Shown here in pieces: positions 1-9,548 of a DNA stretch of 64,000 nucleotides. The position numbers were made by a program, and so were the translations under genes. Below the pieces are notes generated by a model, which was not told the origin of the DNA, did not search any database, and saw only the letters and a program-made list of their open reading frames with translations. Each line of letters starts with the position of its first letter. The first letter of the stretch is position 1. This DNA comes from Candidatus Yanofskybacteria bacterium (GTDB taxonomy: Bacteria; Patescibacteriota; Minisyncoccia; 2-02-FULL-40-12; IGHO2-01-FULL-4-A), in NCBI GenBank assembly GCA_016181175.1, contig JACOZV010000001.1, forward strand, positions 259,519 to 323,518, in the 5' to 3' direction.

Positions 1-1
1 T

Positions 2-241
2 ATTTCAAACAACAAAGAGATTTTTGAGATTCCGATTTTTTCAAAAAAAGTGATTGATACCGTTGGTGCCGGAGACGCGTACTATTCTTTGGTGGCGCCG
101 TGTGTTCGCGCCGGACTGCCGCTTGAGTTGTGCGGTTTCATTGGCAATGCCGCCGGAGCCATAGCCACAACATATCTGGGTAACAAGACCACCGTAAATT
201 CTAAAATGTTGCTTGGTTTTGTTGATACTCTTTTAGGATAA
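2..241 (+). CDS. PfkB-family carbohydrate kinase, C-terminal fragment (open at window start)
   Basis: Frame open from window start; C-terminal TVGAGDAY motif typical of ribokinase/PfkB ATP-binding loop. Confidence 0.6.
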   Translation: MSNNKEIFEIPIFSKKVIDTVGAGDAYYSLVAPCVRAGLPLELCGFIGNAAGAIATTYLGNKTTVNSKMLLGFVDTLLG

Positions 242-249
242 TATAAAAA

Positions 250-283
250 CCCGCTGTAAAACGGGTTCTTTTTTTTGGCTAGA
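250..283. terminator. bidirectional rho-independent terminator between convergent genes
   Basis: aacccgctgtaaaacgggtt hairpin followed by T-run. Confidence 0.6.
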
Positions 284-284
284 C

Positions 285-872
285 TTATTCGTCCAAATAT
301 TTATGTATTTGGGTAAGACATACTTCCTGTGGTTGCGAAGTATCTACGGCTAAATGTTCAAGCGCTGGCTTTCCTCCGCATCTTGCGTATCTTGCTTTGA
401 ACATATAATAGTCTTCTGGCCGTATCGGAGCTGCTTGGGTATCTTTTAATCTTTCATCTGATCTTTTTTTGATTTCTAGTTCATTGTCGTTAGTAATTTG
501 GCACCATATTATTTTTAGTTTTACTGAATACGATTCAGCTATTTGCTTAAGACGATCTTCCATGGTACCGACATGCCATTTTTTGGTAAGTGACGGCATT
601 TCCACGATCAGCGGCACATTATGGCCCGCACTATTTTTAATCGTTTCAAAGAGTTTATCATATGCTTGGGCGGTTTTCTGGTTTTCTATCGCTTCTTTTT
701 CTTGATTAGTCCAATCTTTTGGTGCCGATAAAACCGGTCCGAATAGTTTTTTCCTTATTTTGTCTAGATTGATAAAAGGAATGCCTGTTTCTTGGGCTAT
801 TATTTTGGCGAGAGTTGTTTTACCCGAAAGCTGGACTCCGAGAAAAATGATTAGTTTTGTCTGCACTGTCAT
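285..872 (-). CDS. P-loop NTPase / AAA-type kinase family protein
   Basis: Walker A GVQLSGKTTLA near N-terminus; 195 aa. Confidence 0.55.
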   Translation of the reverse strand: MTVQTKLIIFLGVQLSGKTTLAKIIAQETGIPFINLDKIRKKLFGPVLSAPKDWTNQEKEAIENQKTAQAYDKLFETIKNSAGHNVPLIVEMPSLTKKWHVGTMEDRLKQIAESYSVKLKIIWCQITNDNELEIKKRSDERLKDTQAAPIRPEDYYMFKARYARCGGKPALEHLAVDTSQPQEVCLTQIHKYLDE

Positions 873-878
873 CTCCCG

Positions 879-2090
879 TCAGATAAAATTAACATTCTTA
901 GGTAAGGAATCCGGTTGGAACGTTTCTTGTACATTTTCCGGTCCTGATTGGCGTTTCGTTTCCAAATCCCAGAGGGCTTCATTTACAAAATGCATCCTGC
1001 AATTTTTGCGGCAGGCCGAAATGTCAAAGTTTTTCATAAATTCAATGTGCTGGCGACGGCGTTCTCCCCACCAAATTTCTTTGAAGGTCTTATCTGTAAT
1101 GTTGCCGAGGTCAAAATCCGGGTTGCTGTTGTGGGCGGCACAGCTGATTATCATACCGTCCGATTGTAGATATGCCCACGACATGGGTGTAGCCAGACAT
1201 TTTTCGTATTCCCGTTTCGGCTTTTCATAGCTTAGTATTGTATTCCACCTGAAAACAACTTTAAAATTTGCATCATTCAGTTTTTGCAGTTCACCATCCA
1301 TTTTTTCAAATTCCTTCAGGAAGCCGGTATATTTCATGTCCCCATATCTTTGCATGGTTCCCAAGCTATAGGGATTTTGGCCGTATGGTTTAATCACTAC
1401 ATGATCTAACCCTGTTTCTTTGGCTTTTTTTGCCAAGTCAATAGCTTCATGCCAGTTGGCCGGCACAACCGTGCCGTCTAAATCTAGCGTGTCATTTACC
1501 AGAAGCACTGTTTGACAGCCGATTTCGCACGAATATCCGAATTTTGTTCTCATTTCTACCGCTTTTCCGAGATTGCGCCAGATTGTATCCCAATGATTGG
1601 GTCCAGCTTTGTGTATTTTTGTGTAAGTCTCTTTTTTACCGGCGTTAACGCTGGCCTTAATCCAGCTTAGGTGCGGTAGGGCGGGGTCAAGAAATTTTTC
1701 AGTTAAACCGGTGGCGTTGGTAGTGAGAGCGCTTTCAATGCCGCATCTGGCAGTTTCTGCGATAACTTCGGCCAGGTCTTTGTAGAGTGTAGGTTCACCT
1801 TCGCCCGCGTGCATTAAGCTTCTTACGCCCAAACCATCAGGGTCTTGAGATCTCAACCATGCCAGTTCTCGGATAAACCCAATCAGCCTCTCTTTAGGAA
1901 TACTTCTGTCGGGATAGCCCATTACTTCCTTGGCGCAGAAGGTACAGCGATGATTACAAAGACCAATGGGGGATATTTCGATATAAATTGGTGGCGTTGA
2001 AAAAGGATTATCTAACCATCGTTTCAACCAAGCTGGGTGATATGAAATTTTTTGACTATCAAATTGGGTGTCAATTCGTGGAGTTTCCAT
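879..2090 (-). CDS. radical SAM protein with C-terminal SPASM-like Cys-rich domain
   Basis: CNHRCTFC (CxxxCxxC) cluster; C-terminal extra cysteines (CAAHN...CRKNCRMHF). Confidence 0.75.
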   Translation of the reverse strand: METPRIDTQFDSQKISYHPAWLKRWLDNPFSTPPIYIEISPIGLCNHRCTFCAKEVMGYPDRSIPKERLIGFIRELAWLRSQDPDGLGVRSLMHAGEGEPTLYKDLAEVIAETARCGIESALTTNATGLTEKFLDPALPHLSWIKASVNAGKKETYTKIHKAGPNHWDTIWRNLGKAVEMRTKFGYSCEIGCQTVLLVNDTLDLDGTVVPANWHEAIDLAKKAKETGLDHVVIKPYGQNPYSLGTMQRYGDMKYTGFLKEFEKMDGELQKLNDANFKVVFRWNTILSYEKPKREYEKCLATPMSWAYLQSDGMIISCAAHNSNPDFDLGNITDKTFKEIWWGERRRQHIEFMKNFDISACRKNCRMHFVNEALWDLETKRQSGPENVQETFQPDSLPKNVNFI

Positions 2091-2216
2091 TGTGTTTCCT
2101 GTATTTTTTGTGAAATAGCTTTTGTGAGTTTATAACAATCTTGACGTATTGGCAATATACCACTTTTGTGATATTGACTTAGACAAGTTCGTTGACAAAT
2201 AATTCAGGAAAATCAT

Positions 2217-2966
2217 ATGGCCGTTTCTGTGAGCGTGGTGATGCCCGCTCACAAAGAAGCGGGCAATTTAGAGGGTGCGGTCGGGTATGTCACCGACAAC
2301 ATGAATATTTTTATCCAAAACGGGAAAGTCGTGGACTGGGAAATTATAATTGTTGATTCTCTTGAACCGGATGGTTCAAGTGATGGCACGCCAGAGCTTG
2401 CCGATAAGTTGGCAAGGCAAAATCAGCATATACGCGTTATCCACAATCAGGCCTTCGTCAATTTAGGTTTTAAATATAAGCAGGGATTAGCCATGGCGCG
2501 ATTTGGTTACTTTATGATGGTGCCTGGTAAAAATACTTTGCACGGCGATTCTTTGAAAAACCTTTTCGGTTGCCTGGAACATGCTGATGTCGTCATTGGC
2601 TATCAAGCCGATATGAGCCGCCGGCCATTTGGACGACGCCTGATTTCCAAAACATTTACCGTGTTCATGAATTTAATTTTTGGTTTGCGCCTTCGTTATT
2701 ACAATGGCACGACGATTATCCCGACCCAAATACTACGCGAGCTTAATCCCGATGCCGACGACTTTGCTTACATGGCCGAAATTTTGGTGATGCTTTTGAA
2801 AAAATACCGTCTGTCCTATGCAGAAGCGCCATTTTATACCCGCGGCCGCCGTAAATACGGTCGAACCAATGCCACAAGAATTGATAATGTTATAAGCGTT
2901 GCCAAGACCGTGCTTAAACTCATAAAAAAAGTCTATTTTTCTGGCAGGATGGGTAGAAATGTTTAA
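2217..2966 (+). CDS. family 2 glycosyltransferase (dolichyl/polyprenyl-phosphate sugar transferase-like)
   Basis: N-terminal VSVVMPAHKE GT-A fold start, internal DxD-like region; paralogue of 10634..11368. Confidence 0.75.
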   Translation: MAVSVSVVMPAHKEAGNLEGAVGYVTDNMNIFIQNGKVVDWEIIIVDSLEPDGSSDGTPELADKLARQNQHIRVIHNQAFVNLGFKYKQGLAMARFGYFMMVPGKNTLHGDSLKNLFGCLEHADVVIGYQADMSRRPFGRRLISKTFTVFMNLIFGLRLRYYNGTTIIPTQILRELNPDADDFAYMAEILVMLLKKYRLSYAEAPFYTRGRRKYGRTNATRIDNVISVAKTVLKLIKKVYFSGRMGRNV

Positions 2967-3495
2967 ATCAATGCTTCGTGAAGCGGTTGTGCGCTTGAAA
3001 CATTTTATTCCCTGGCTGTCGTATGAAGACAGATTCAGATTTTACGAGGTAGAAGCGGGCAAGTTATACCGTTCATCTCAACCCGCACCTGAAGCGTTGT
3101 CTTATTTCTTCAAAAAATATGGCATAAATTCCATTATTATTTTGTTAAAACATGCCGAGGATTGGGAATTTGATTGGGCTTTGTCTCACGATCTTGCCGT
3201 TTTGCAAATTCCCATATCAGGCCGCGCTCCTAGCGACGATGAAATAAACAAATTCATTGAATTTGTTTCCTGTAAGTCTAACCAGCCAGTTTTAATTCAC
3301 TGCGTTCATGGCAGGGATCGCACCGGCTGCCTCTGTTTTTTATACAGAGTTGAAGTGATGGGCTGGGATGCCAAAGATGCCTGGCGCGAGATGAAGAAGC
3401 TGGGCTATTGCAGTTTGCCATGGCACTTTCGAGAGCAAACGCAAATAAATATCACAAGGTGGTTGGAAAATAGATATAGAGTTCAGCTCAAATAG
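2959..3495 (+). CDS. protein-tyrosine/dual-specificity phosphatase
   Basis: HCVHGRDRTG = C(X)5R P-loop signature. Confidence 0.75.
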   Translation: MFKSMLREAVVRLKHFIPWLSYEDRFRFYEVEAGKLYRSSQPAPEALSYFFKKYGINSIIILLKHAEDWEFDWALSHDLAVLQIPISGRAPSDDEINKFIEFVSCKSNQPVLIHCVHGRDRTGCLCFLYRVEVMGWDAKDAWREMKKLGYCSLPWHFREQTQINITRWLENRYRVQLK

Positions 3496-3544
3496 TGCGC
3501 ATTGACGCACTTTTTTCTTGACAAAATACACGCTTGATTTGTTG

Positions 3545-3580
3545 CCCCGGCGTGTTATATTAGCACCAAATGTTATTTAA
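3545..3580 (+). promoter_or_regulatory. candidate sigma70-type promoter (TTGATT N16 TGnTATATT) upstream of TPP-enzyme gene
   Basis: cttgatttgttgccccggcgtgttatattag with extended -10. Confidence 0.35.
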
Positions 3581-3597
3581 TAATTTGAGGAGGGCCA

Positions 3598-5439
3598 ATG
3601 AAACTCTCGGATTACGTGATTCATTTTTTGGCCGATTTGGGCTTGAAACATGTTTTTGTGCTGACGGGCGGTTATGCCGTTAATCTGATTGACTCATTCC
3701 ACAAAGAACCGAGATTGAAACATATCTGTGTTAATCATGAACAGGTTGGGGCCATGGCGGCCGAGGCCTACTCTCGTTTTGCCGGTTTTGGCGCTATGAT
3801 CAGCACTAATGCGCCGGGGGCACTGAATCTGCTTAATGGCATAGATGGCGCGTGGAATGATTCTATTCCCTGTATTTTTATCTGTGGGCAGGTAGTTAGG
3901 GAGAGATGGAACCGCAGCAAAGACGTTACTTCACATGGCCGCGAGATTGTAGATATGGTTACCATTGCCGGTTCGGTTACCAAGTATGCCCAATATGTGG
4001 AAGACCCGGAGAATATAAAATATTATATGGAGACAGCCGTTTCTATTGCCAACGAAGGCAGACCGGGACCGGTGCTCCTTGAGATTCCTTTGGATGTGCA
4101 AAAAGCAAATGTTGAGCCGGAAAAACTGGTTGGTTTTAATCCGGATCCGGATGCGCATTTAAGATTGCAAAAAGTTGGACCGCAAAACCAAGACAAGATT
4201 TCCACTAAAATTACAGAAGCTCTGGCAATGATTAAAGAAGCCAAACGTCCAGTTGTTTTGCTGGGCGGCGGGTTAAGACTATCAGGCACAATTGAACAGG
4301 CGCGAATATTTATTGAATCTCTCGGCATTCCAACTGTTGCCACTTGGGCCGCTTTTGACAATATGCCGCATAACCATCCGCTTTATCTGGGCAATATTGG
4401 CAGTTACGGGAACAGGCGGGCTAATTTTACCGTTCAAAACGCAGATTTGGTTATTGCTCTTGGAGCGCGCTTAAATGTCAGACAAACCGGCGGCAGTCCG
4501 AACACATTCGCGCGAGACGCTAAAAAAATCATGGTTGATATTGATGAATTTGAGCTGGCAAGGGCGAGAGTCAAAGTTGACCTGCCAATCAAATGCGATT
4601 TGCGTGACTTCTTTGACCTTTTGTTCGGTCAAAACAAATATCTCCCAAAGCTTAATATTGACTGTTGGCGCAATCAAACAACGACTTACAAAATCTTATA
4701 CACGGAAGTTTTACCTGAATATTATAAGCAAAAAAATTCTGTTAACGTTTATGTTTTTTTAAAAACACTTTCTAATATGATAGATGCTTCTGTTCCGGCA
4801 GTTACGGACTGCGGCGGAAACCTTATCTGGACAATGCAGGCCTTTGAGGTAAAAGATGGCCAAAGAGTTTTTTCTAATATGGGTTTGTCGTCCATGGGCT
4901 ATTCGCTTGCCGCGAGCATCGGTGTTTGCCTTGCCAACGACAAAAAACCAACTGTTTGTATAATCGGAGACGGGGGATTCCAGGTTCACATACAAGAATT
5001 GGAAACTATTAAGCGGTTGGGGCTGCCGATTAAAGTTTTTGTTTTGAACAACCACAGCTACGGAATCATTAAGCAGACAATTGAGTCGTGGTTTGGTATT
5101 GCAAGCACGGAAGAGCTTGAAAAAAGATGTTTGGCTGTATCATCGCGCGACGGTTATAGTTGTCCTGATTTTTTAAAAGTTGCCCGGGCTTATGGCATTG
5201 CCAATCTTAGGATCGGTAGTCATGCCGAAATGGAATCAGGAATAAGAGAAGCTTTGGATTATAATGGTCCAATCGTTTGTGATGTGGTGCTGGATGAACA
5301 TCAAAAAATCACTCCGCGGCTGGAATTCGGCAATCCGCTTGAAGACCAGCATCCGCTGTTGCCAAGGGAAGAATTAAAAAAGGTTATGCTAATTGATGTT
5401 TTGAAAAATAATGAAGAAGAGTGGATGCAGGGGATATAA
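3598..5439 (+). CDS. thiamine-pyrophosphate enzyme of acetolactate-synthase/sulfoacetaldehyde-acetyltransferase family
   Basis: 613 aa; TPP-binding GDGGFQ...(27 aa)...NN motif; three-domain length. Confidence 0.8.
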   Translation: MKLSDYVIHFLADLGLKHVFVLTGGYAVNLIDSFHKEPRLKHICVNHEQVGAMAAEAYSRFAGFGAMISTNAPGALNLLNGIDGAWNDSIPCIFICGQVVRERWNRSKDVTSHGREIVDMVTIAGSVTKYAQYVEDPENIKYYMETAVSIANEGRPGPVLLEIPLDVQKANVEPEKLVGFNPDPDAHLRLQKVGPQNQDKISTKITEALAMIKEAKRPVVLLGGGLRLSGTIEQARIFIESLGIPTVATWAAFDNMPHNHPLYLGNIGSYGNRRANFTVQNADLVIALGARLNVRQTGGSPNTFARDAKKIMVDIDEFELARARVKVDLPIKCDLRDFFDLLFGQNKYLPKLNIDCWRNQTTTYKILYTEVLPEYYKQKNSVNVYVFLKTLSNMIDASVPAVTDCGGNLIWTMQAFEVKDGQRVFSNMGLSSMGYSLAASIGVCLANDKKPTVCIIGDGGFQVHIQELETIKRLGLPIKVFVLNNHSYGIIKQTIESWFGIASTEELEKRCLAVSSRDGYSCPDFLKVARAYGIANLRIGSHAEMESGIREALDYNGPIVCDVVLDEHQKITPRLEFGNPLEDQHPLLPREELKKVMLIDVLKNNEEEWMQGI

Positions 5440-5448
5440 ATACTTTAG

Positions 5449-5485
5449 ACGCCTCACAATAGTGAGGCTTTTTATTTTTTTAAAA
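5449..5485 (+). terminator. rho-independent terminator
   Basis: gcctcacaatagtgaggc hairpin + T-run directly after stop. Confidence 0.7.
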
Positions 5486-5512
5486 TATAATACTATTCCA
5501 TTAAAAACCCCC

Positions 5513-5670
5513 GCTCGCCATAGAACCTTTTGGGAATTTCGAAAACCTCCAGCGAGGTTTTCTCATCTTTTGTGATTGCCGCCATTTGTCAAGACACTCA
5601 CTTCGTTCGGTCATTGACAAAACCGTGCTGGCGGCAACCCCAGAAGTCCCAAAAGGCACTATGGCTCGCT
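5513..5670. repeat. divergent member of the family-1 terminal-inverted-repeat element (contains ccagcgag box)
   Basis: ends ctcgccatagaacctttt / aaaaggcactatggctcgct; shared ccagcgag box. Confidence 0.4.
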
Positions 5671-5831
5671 AAATTTTTGAAATAATAGATATCGCTAGAG
5701 ATCCTTTCGTGATTTCTTAAAAGTGTCTTTGGTATCGGCTTGGGGTTTGTAATTTTTGCACCCTTGACACATCGCAAATTCATATGCTAACCTATTACAA
5801 TATTAGTAACTTTAAAAATCGGGGGTTTTAA

Positions 5832-6212
5832 ATGTTAGAGCAAGCAGCCGAAGGTAACTTACTAATTGAAAGAAAGCCAATTGAGGTCTTGCTTTCAAAA
5901 ATAGAGAAATTAAAAAAGAGCAAAGAAAAAGAAGTAGCCGATTCGCTAAAAGCAGTAAAGAGAAGATTTCTCATGTGTATTTTTTGGTATACAGGTAAGG
6001 AGTATTCTTTAGATTACTTATGTATGGAATATTCTTCTGGTCTTTCGCGCCAAGAAATAATAATACAAGAAGTAATAATAGATGTACTTAGAAAATTTTC
6101 AGATCAAGAACTAGTAACTTTAGCGACCCATCTAATCCAGGAATCCGTCAAAAGGACGGATTACATTAAAAAAACCGGAAAAAGGTGTTGGTATTGTCGT
6201 TATTTACGCTAG
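5832..6212 (+). CDS. hypothetical protein
   Basis: 126-aa ORF, no recognisable motif. Confidence 0.35.
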   Translation: MLEQAAEGNLLIERKPIEVLLSKIEKLKKSKEKEVADSLKAVKRRFLMCIFWYTGKEYSLDYLCMEYSSGLSRQEIIIQEVIIDVLRKFSDQELVTLATHLIQESVKRTDYIKKTGKRCWYCRYLR

Positions 6213-6420
6213 GAATATATTGGTGCTACCTTACTCGGAATTTTGTTTATAGTTTTGGTTTAATAATTAGCAATTTGGACAAATTCAATGTTACTCCCCT
6301 CCAAGTACTAGAGGAATTTCTAAACGAGTAGCGTAAAAAACTAGAGTGAGATAGAGTTGTAACAGTGTCTTGACTTGAAAAGAAAAATTATTTACCGCCA
6401 TTGCTGGCGGTTTTGTTTTT

Positions 6421-6837
6421 TCAAAACAAATACAAAAATAAAATTGCGCCGGTGAAGTTTAATGCAAGGTCAAATAAACCATCCTTCCATTCGTAATTCA
6501 CGCTTTTAAGTCTGAATTTACTTTTTATGTATCTTGAAAGCGTCGGAGCAGACGCAATCAAAAACTCCGCCGATTCCCACAAAATGCTGATGATACCAAG
6601 ACTTATTAAAATCAAACTGACGGAGCTGAAAAAACTTGAGAAAAACATAGCTACAAAAAACCCGCCCAAAAAATGCAATGTCTGGAAAAACCAGTAATGC
6701 CGAACACCAAAACCGTAGTACATTCCCACAACCAAATTGAGAACAAAAATACCCAATAGTATGGCAACCGATGCCATCATCGTGGCAAGATTTATGTTTT
6801 CCATATTTTTATTATACAAGAATACGAGCTTTCTCAA
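6421..6837 (-). CDS. hypothetical membrane protein
   Basis: 138 aa, several hydrophobic helices. Confidence 0.45.
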   Translation of the reverse strand: MRKLVFLYNKNMENINLATMMASVAILLGIFVLNLVVGMYYGFGVRHYWFFQTLHFLGGFFVAMFFSSFFSSVSLILISLGIISILWESAEFLIASAPTLSRYIKSKFRLKSVNYEWKDGLFDLALNFTGAILFLYLF

Positions 6838-6907
6838 AAATTACAAACCAAGCTCACCCTCTGATTTTCTTACAACGTCATGCCTTTCTGCAAATTTTCC
6901 TCACCGT

Positions 6908-6989
6908 GCTATTGTTCCTGGCAATTTGCGGTTATCCATTCCCCCTTCGTCTTCTGACTCCGGGGCCCGCAAATTGCCAGCGGAACAAT
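6908..6989. repeat. 22-bp inverted repeat with 35-bp spacer in divergent intergenic region
   Basis: ctattgttcctggcaatttgcgg ... ccgcaaattgccagcggaacaata. Confidence 0.6.
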
Positions 6990-7125
6990 AAACGCCCGGT
7001 TCGTTAATTTACTAGTCGGCAGACGAATGACGAAAATCAAGAGGTTTCGCTTGCCTTTGGTTTGTAATTTTTTAGCGAACCATTGTGCCTTTTGTGATTT
7101 TTGTGGATAGCAAAATGGAAAAGCG

Positions 7126-7334
7126 AGGCCATTATGCCTCATAGCACCGTCAAAAGAGTGGATTGTCCCGATTCTGCTTTGCAGAATCGAGGATCCTCGA
7201 TTTTCATGAATGAAAATCGGGACATGGTTTGCGAGCAGTATAATATTTCCTCACTGCGAGCAAAATCCACGCTTTTGACGGAATGTAGAATTCTCGCTGG
7301 GAATTCAAATGGTGATAGGAGGTATAATGGCGAG
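7126..7334 (-). repeat. family-1 TIR/stem element, copy with internal palindromic insertion, followed by tandem partial duplication (7328-7387)
   Basis: reverse complement of 28019-28168 over both ends (ccattatgcctc..tcacc..ccagcgag..ccgtcaaaag.gtggatt). Confidence 0.7.
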
Positions 7335-7462
7335 CTAGTTTTTGAAATTACCAAAAGGCACTATGGCGAGCTGGTTTTTGAATTTGATAAAAATAGTGAT
7401 TCGTGCTATTTTCAATAACAAGTTTTTTAAAAATTAAATTATAGCCGGAGAGGAGGTGGAAT

Positions 7463-9124
7463 ATGGCCGACAAAATTCTTTTTGTTGTAAATAACGTTGA
7501 TTACATTGACCCGATGGGAGTGATGCTAATGTCGGCCTTGGCCAAACGGGAGGGATTCGCGACATTTCTAACCGTTTTAAGTCAGGACGACTTGGGCGAG
7601 GAATTGAAGCGTATTAAACCGGATATAGTCGCGCATTGCAGTGTCAAAACCGGCGAACAACAGTTTTTTCTAAAAGCCAACGACAAAATAAAGGATTATT
7701 CAAAAAGCATCGTTACGATAATGGGCGGTCCTCACCCGACCTTCAACCCTGACATTATTGAAGAAAGCCTAATTGATGCCGTTGGTATGGGCGAATGCGA
7801 TGTTGCCTGGCCCAAACTCCTTAAGGCGTTACGGGACAGAGAAGACACAAGCAACATACCAAATATCTTTACCAGAGATTCCTGGCTTTCTAAATGGAAA
7901 AATGAAACTGAAGCAAATCGTAATCGTTTTAGACACAAATTGACCCACCCTTTGGATGGCCTGCCTTTTTATGACAGAGAGATTGTTTACAGTAAAACTC
8001 ATCTTGGCAAATTTCCAATGCGCTGTTTTATGAGTTCCTGGGGCTGTCCGTTTGAATGCACCTATTGTTTTGAGCCAAAAACGAATGCCCAACAGCGCGG
8101 TCTGGGTCCGATATATAGGAGATACTCTCCAAGACGATTATGCGCCGAACTTAAAGAATTAAAAAATAGATATTCCACCCAGTTCATTAAGTTTTATGAT
8201 GATATGTTCGTTTTGAGCCGGAGCGTTGATCCTTGGCTTGCCGAATTTGCCGAAATTTACCCTCAAGAAGTCGGCTTGCCGTTTTTCTGCTTAACGCGAT
8301 GTAATGTTTTGACCAGAGAGAATCTTACCGTCCTCAAGAAGGCCGGCCTTCATTCAATAACAATGTCCATTGAGTCAGGTAATGATTATATCAGAGAAAA
8401 AGTTATAAAACGCCATATGACTCGGCCTGAAATTGAAGAGGCCTTTGCGCTTTGCAATGAAATGGGCGTAAAAACTTTTGCTAATTCAATTTTGGCTATT
8501 CCGGTAAAAAAGGAAATAATGGCCGAACAAGATAAAACCCCGATTGATTACGATTTTGATTCCCTGGAATTGAATCTCAAATCAAGAGTTACTTTTGGAG
8601 AATTTTCGCCGGTATATCCCTACCCAGGCTGTGAGCTTTCAGAATATGTAGTGGAAAACGGCTGGTTTGACTATACTGACTTTGGAAAACTTCACGCGAG
8701 TTATCAAAACGAGAGTCCGTTAAATTGTTTTACCCCACTGGAAAAAAGAATGCAAAGCAACATGTCGTTGCTGGGAACGGTATTTCTCGCTTTCCCGTTC
8801 TTATATTCCAGGAAATTTGCCGAATTTCTGTTCAAACTGCCGCTGGCAAAACTTTATTTTATTTTATACTTTTTCGTTAAGGGTTATCTAAATGTTTTCA
8901 AAATATATCCGATGAAATTTTCAGTTGTTAGCCTTTTGTTAAATATCCGCAGAAGCATAGCGTTAGAGTACAAGAAACATGCTCCCGGCGAGCGTATTTA
9001 TGAATCCAAGAGGACCATGTCTCAAGCGACTACGCCCATGCTTGGCGGTTTGCCGCAAGGCGGACTGATACCTCCACCGCCAAAGCCAAAAAAGAAAGAC
9101 GACATTTTTAAGATAATTGATTAA
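7463..9124 (+). CDS. B12-binding-domain radical SAM protein (class B)
   Basis: N-terminal B12-binding-like region; CPFECTYC (CxxxCxxC). Confidence 0.75.
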   Translation: MADKILFVVNNVDYIDPMGVMLMSALAKREGFATFLTVLSQDDLGEELKRIKPDIVAHCSVKTGEQQFFLKANDKIKDYSKSIVTIMGGPHPTFNPDIIEESLIDAVGMGECDVAWPKLLKALRDREDTSNIPNIFTRDSWLSKWKNETEANRNRFRHKLTHPLDGLPFYDREIVYSKTHLGKFPMRCFMSSWGCPFECTYCFEPKTNAQQRGLGPIYRRYSPRRLCAELKELKNRYSTQFIKFYDDMFVLSRSVDPWLAEFAEIYPQEVGLPFFCLTRCNVLTRENLTVLKKAGLHSITMSIESGNDYIREKVIKRHMTRPEIEEAFALCNEMGVKTFANSILAIPVKKEIMAEQDKTPIDYDFDSLELNLKSRVTFGEFSPVYPYPGCELSEYVVENGWFDYTDFGKLHASYQNESPLNCFTPLEKRMQSNMSLLGTVFLAFPFLYSRKFAEFLFKLPLAKLYFILYFFVKGYLNVFKIYPMKFSVVSLLLNIRRSIALEYKKHAPGERIYESKRTMSQATTPMLGGLPQGGLIPPPPKPKKKDDIFKIID

Positions 9125-9160
9125 ACAAAGACCCAGATCGGGTCTTTTAATTTAGCAAGG

Positions 9161-9475
9161 GGGTTGACCCCGCACCTTTTCAGCACAATAATCACAGCAT
9201 GCACTGGTTATACATAATTAAAAGTAAGGAAAATGGAGAATTATATATCGGCAGCACAGGAAATTTAGTGAAAAGACTGGCCGAACATAATACTGGCAAA
9301 TCTAGAGCTACGACCAGATATAAACCATGGTTTTTTGTTTATATTGAAGGCTATTTTTCTAAGGATGATGCCTTGCATCGCGAACGGAATCTGAAATACT
9401 TTGGCAAAGTCTATGCCCAATTAAAAAGACGTATTAAAAATAGCCTTCAGGGTGCTGAAAAGGTGCGGGGTTGAC
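9161..9475 (+). mobile_element. family-2 inverted-repeat element enclosing a GIY-YIG nuclease ORF
   Basis: ggttgaccccgcaccttttcagcac ... gtgctgaaaaggtgcggggttgac flank the ORF exactly. Confidence 0.6.
9199..9474 (+). CDS. GIY-YIG nuclease family protein (YhbQ/UPF0213-like)
   Basis: 91 aa; YIGSTGNL...RLAEHN GIY-YIG core. Confidence 0.75.
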   Translation: MHWLYIIKSKENGELYIGSTGNLVKRLAEHNTGKSRATTRYKPWFFVYIEGYFSKDDALHRERNLKYFGKVYAQLKRRIKNSLQGAEKVRG

Positions 9476-9548
9476 TTTGTATTCCATTTTGATTTACTGG
9501 TTATAAATATCAAGGTTCTTTTAAATAAAATAAAAAAGGAGACAAATT

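Noticed and set aside
469-1230. ORFs 469..705, 760..1230 and 948..1169 on the plus strand
   Set aside because: They lie entirely antisense within the well-supported P-loop kinase and radical SAM genes, and have no motifs or SD.
3768-5055. Several minus-strand ORFs (3768..3983, 3931..4158, 4023..4361, 4471..4677, 4759..5055) inside the TPP-enzyme gene
   Set aside because: Antisense shadows of a 613-aa gene with clear TPP motifs.
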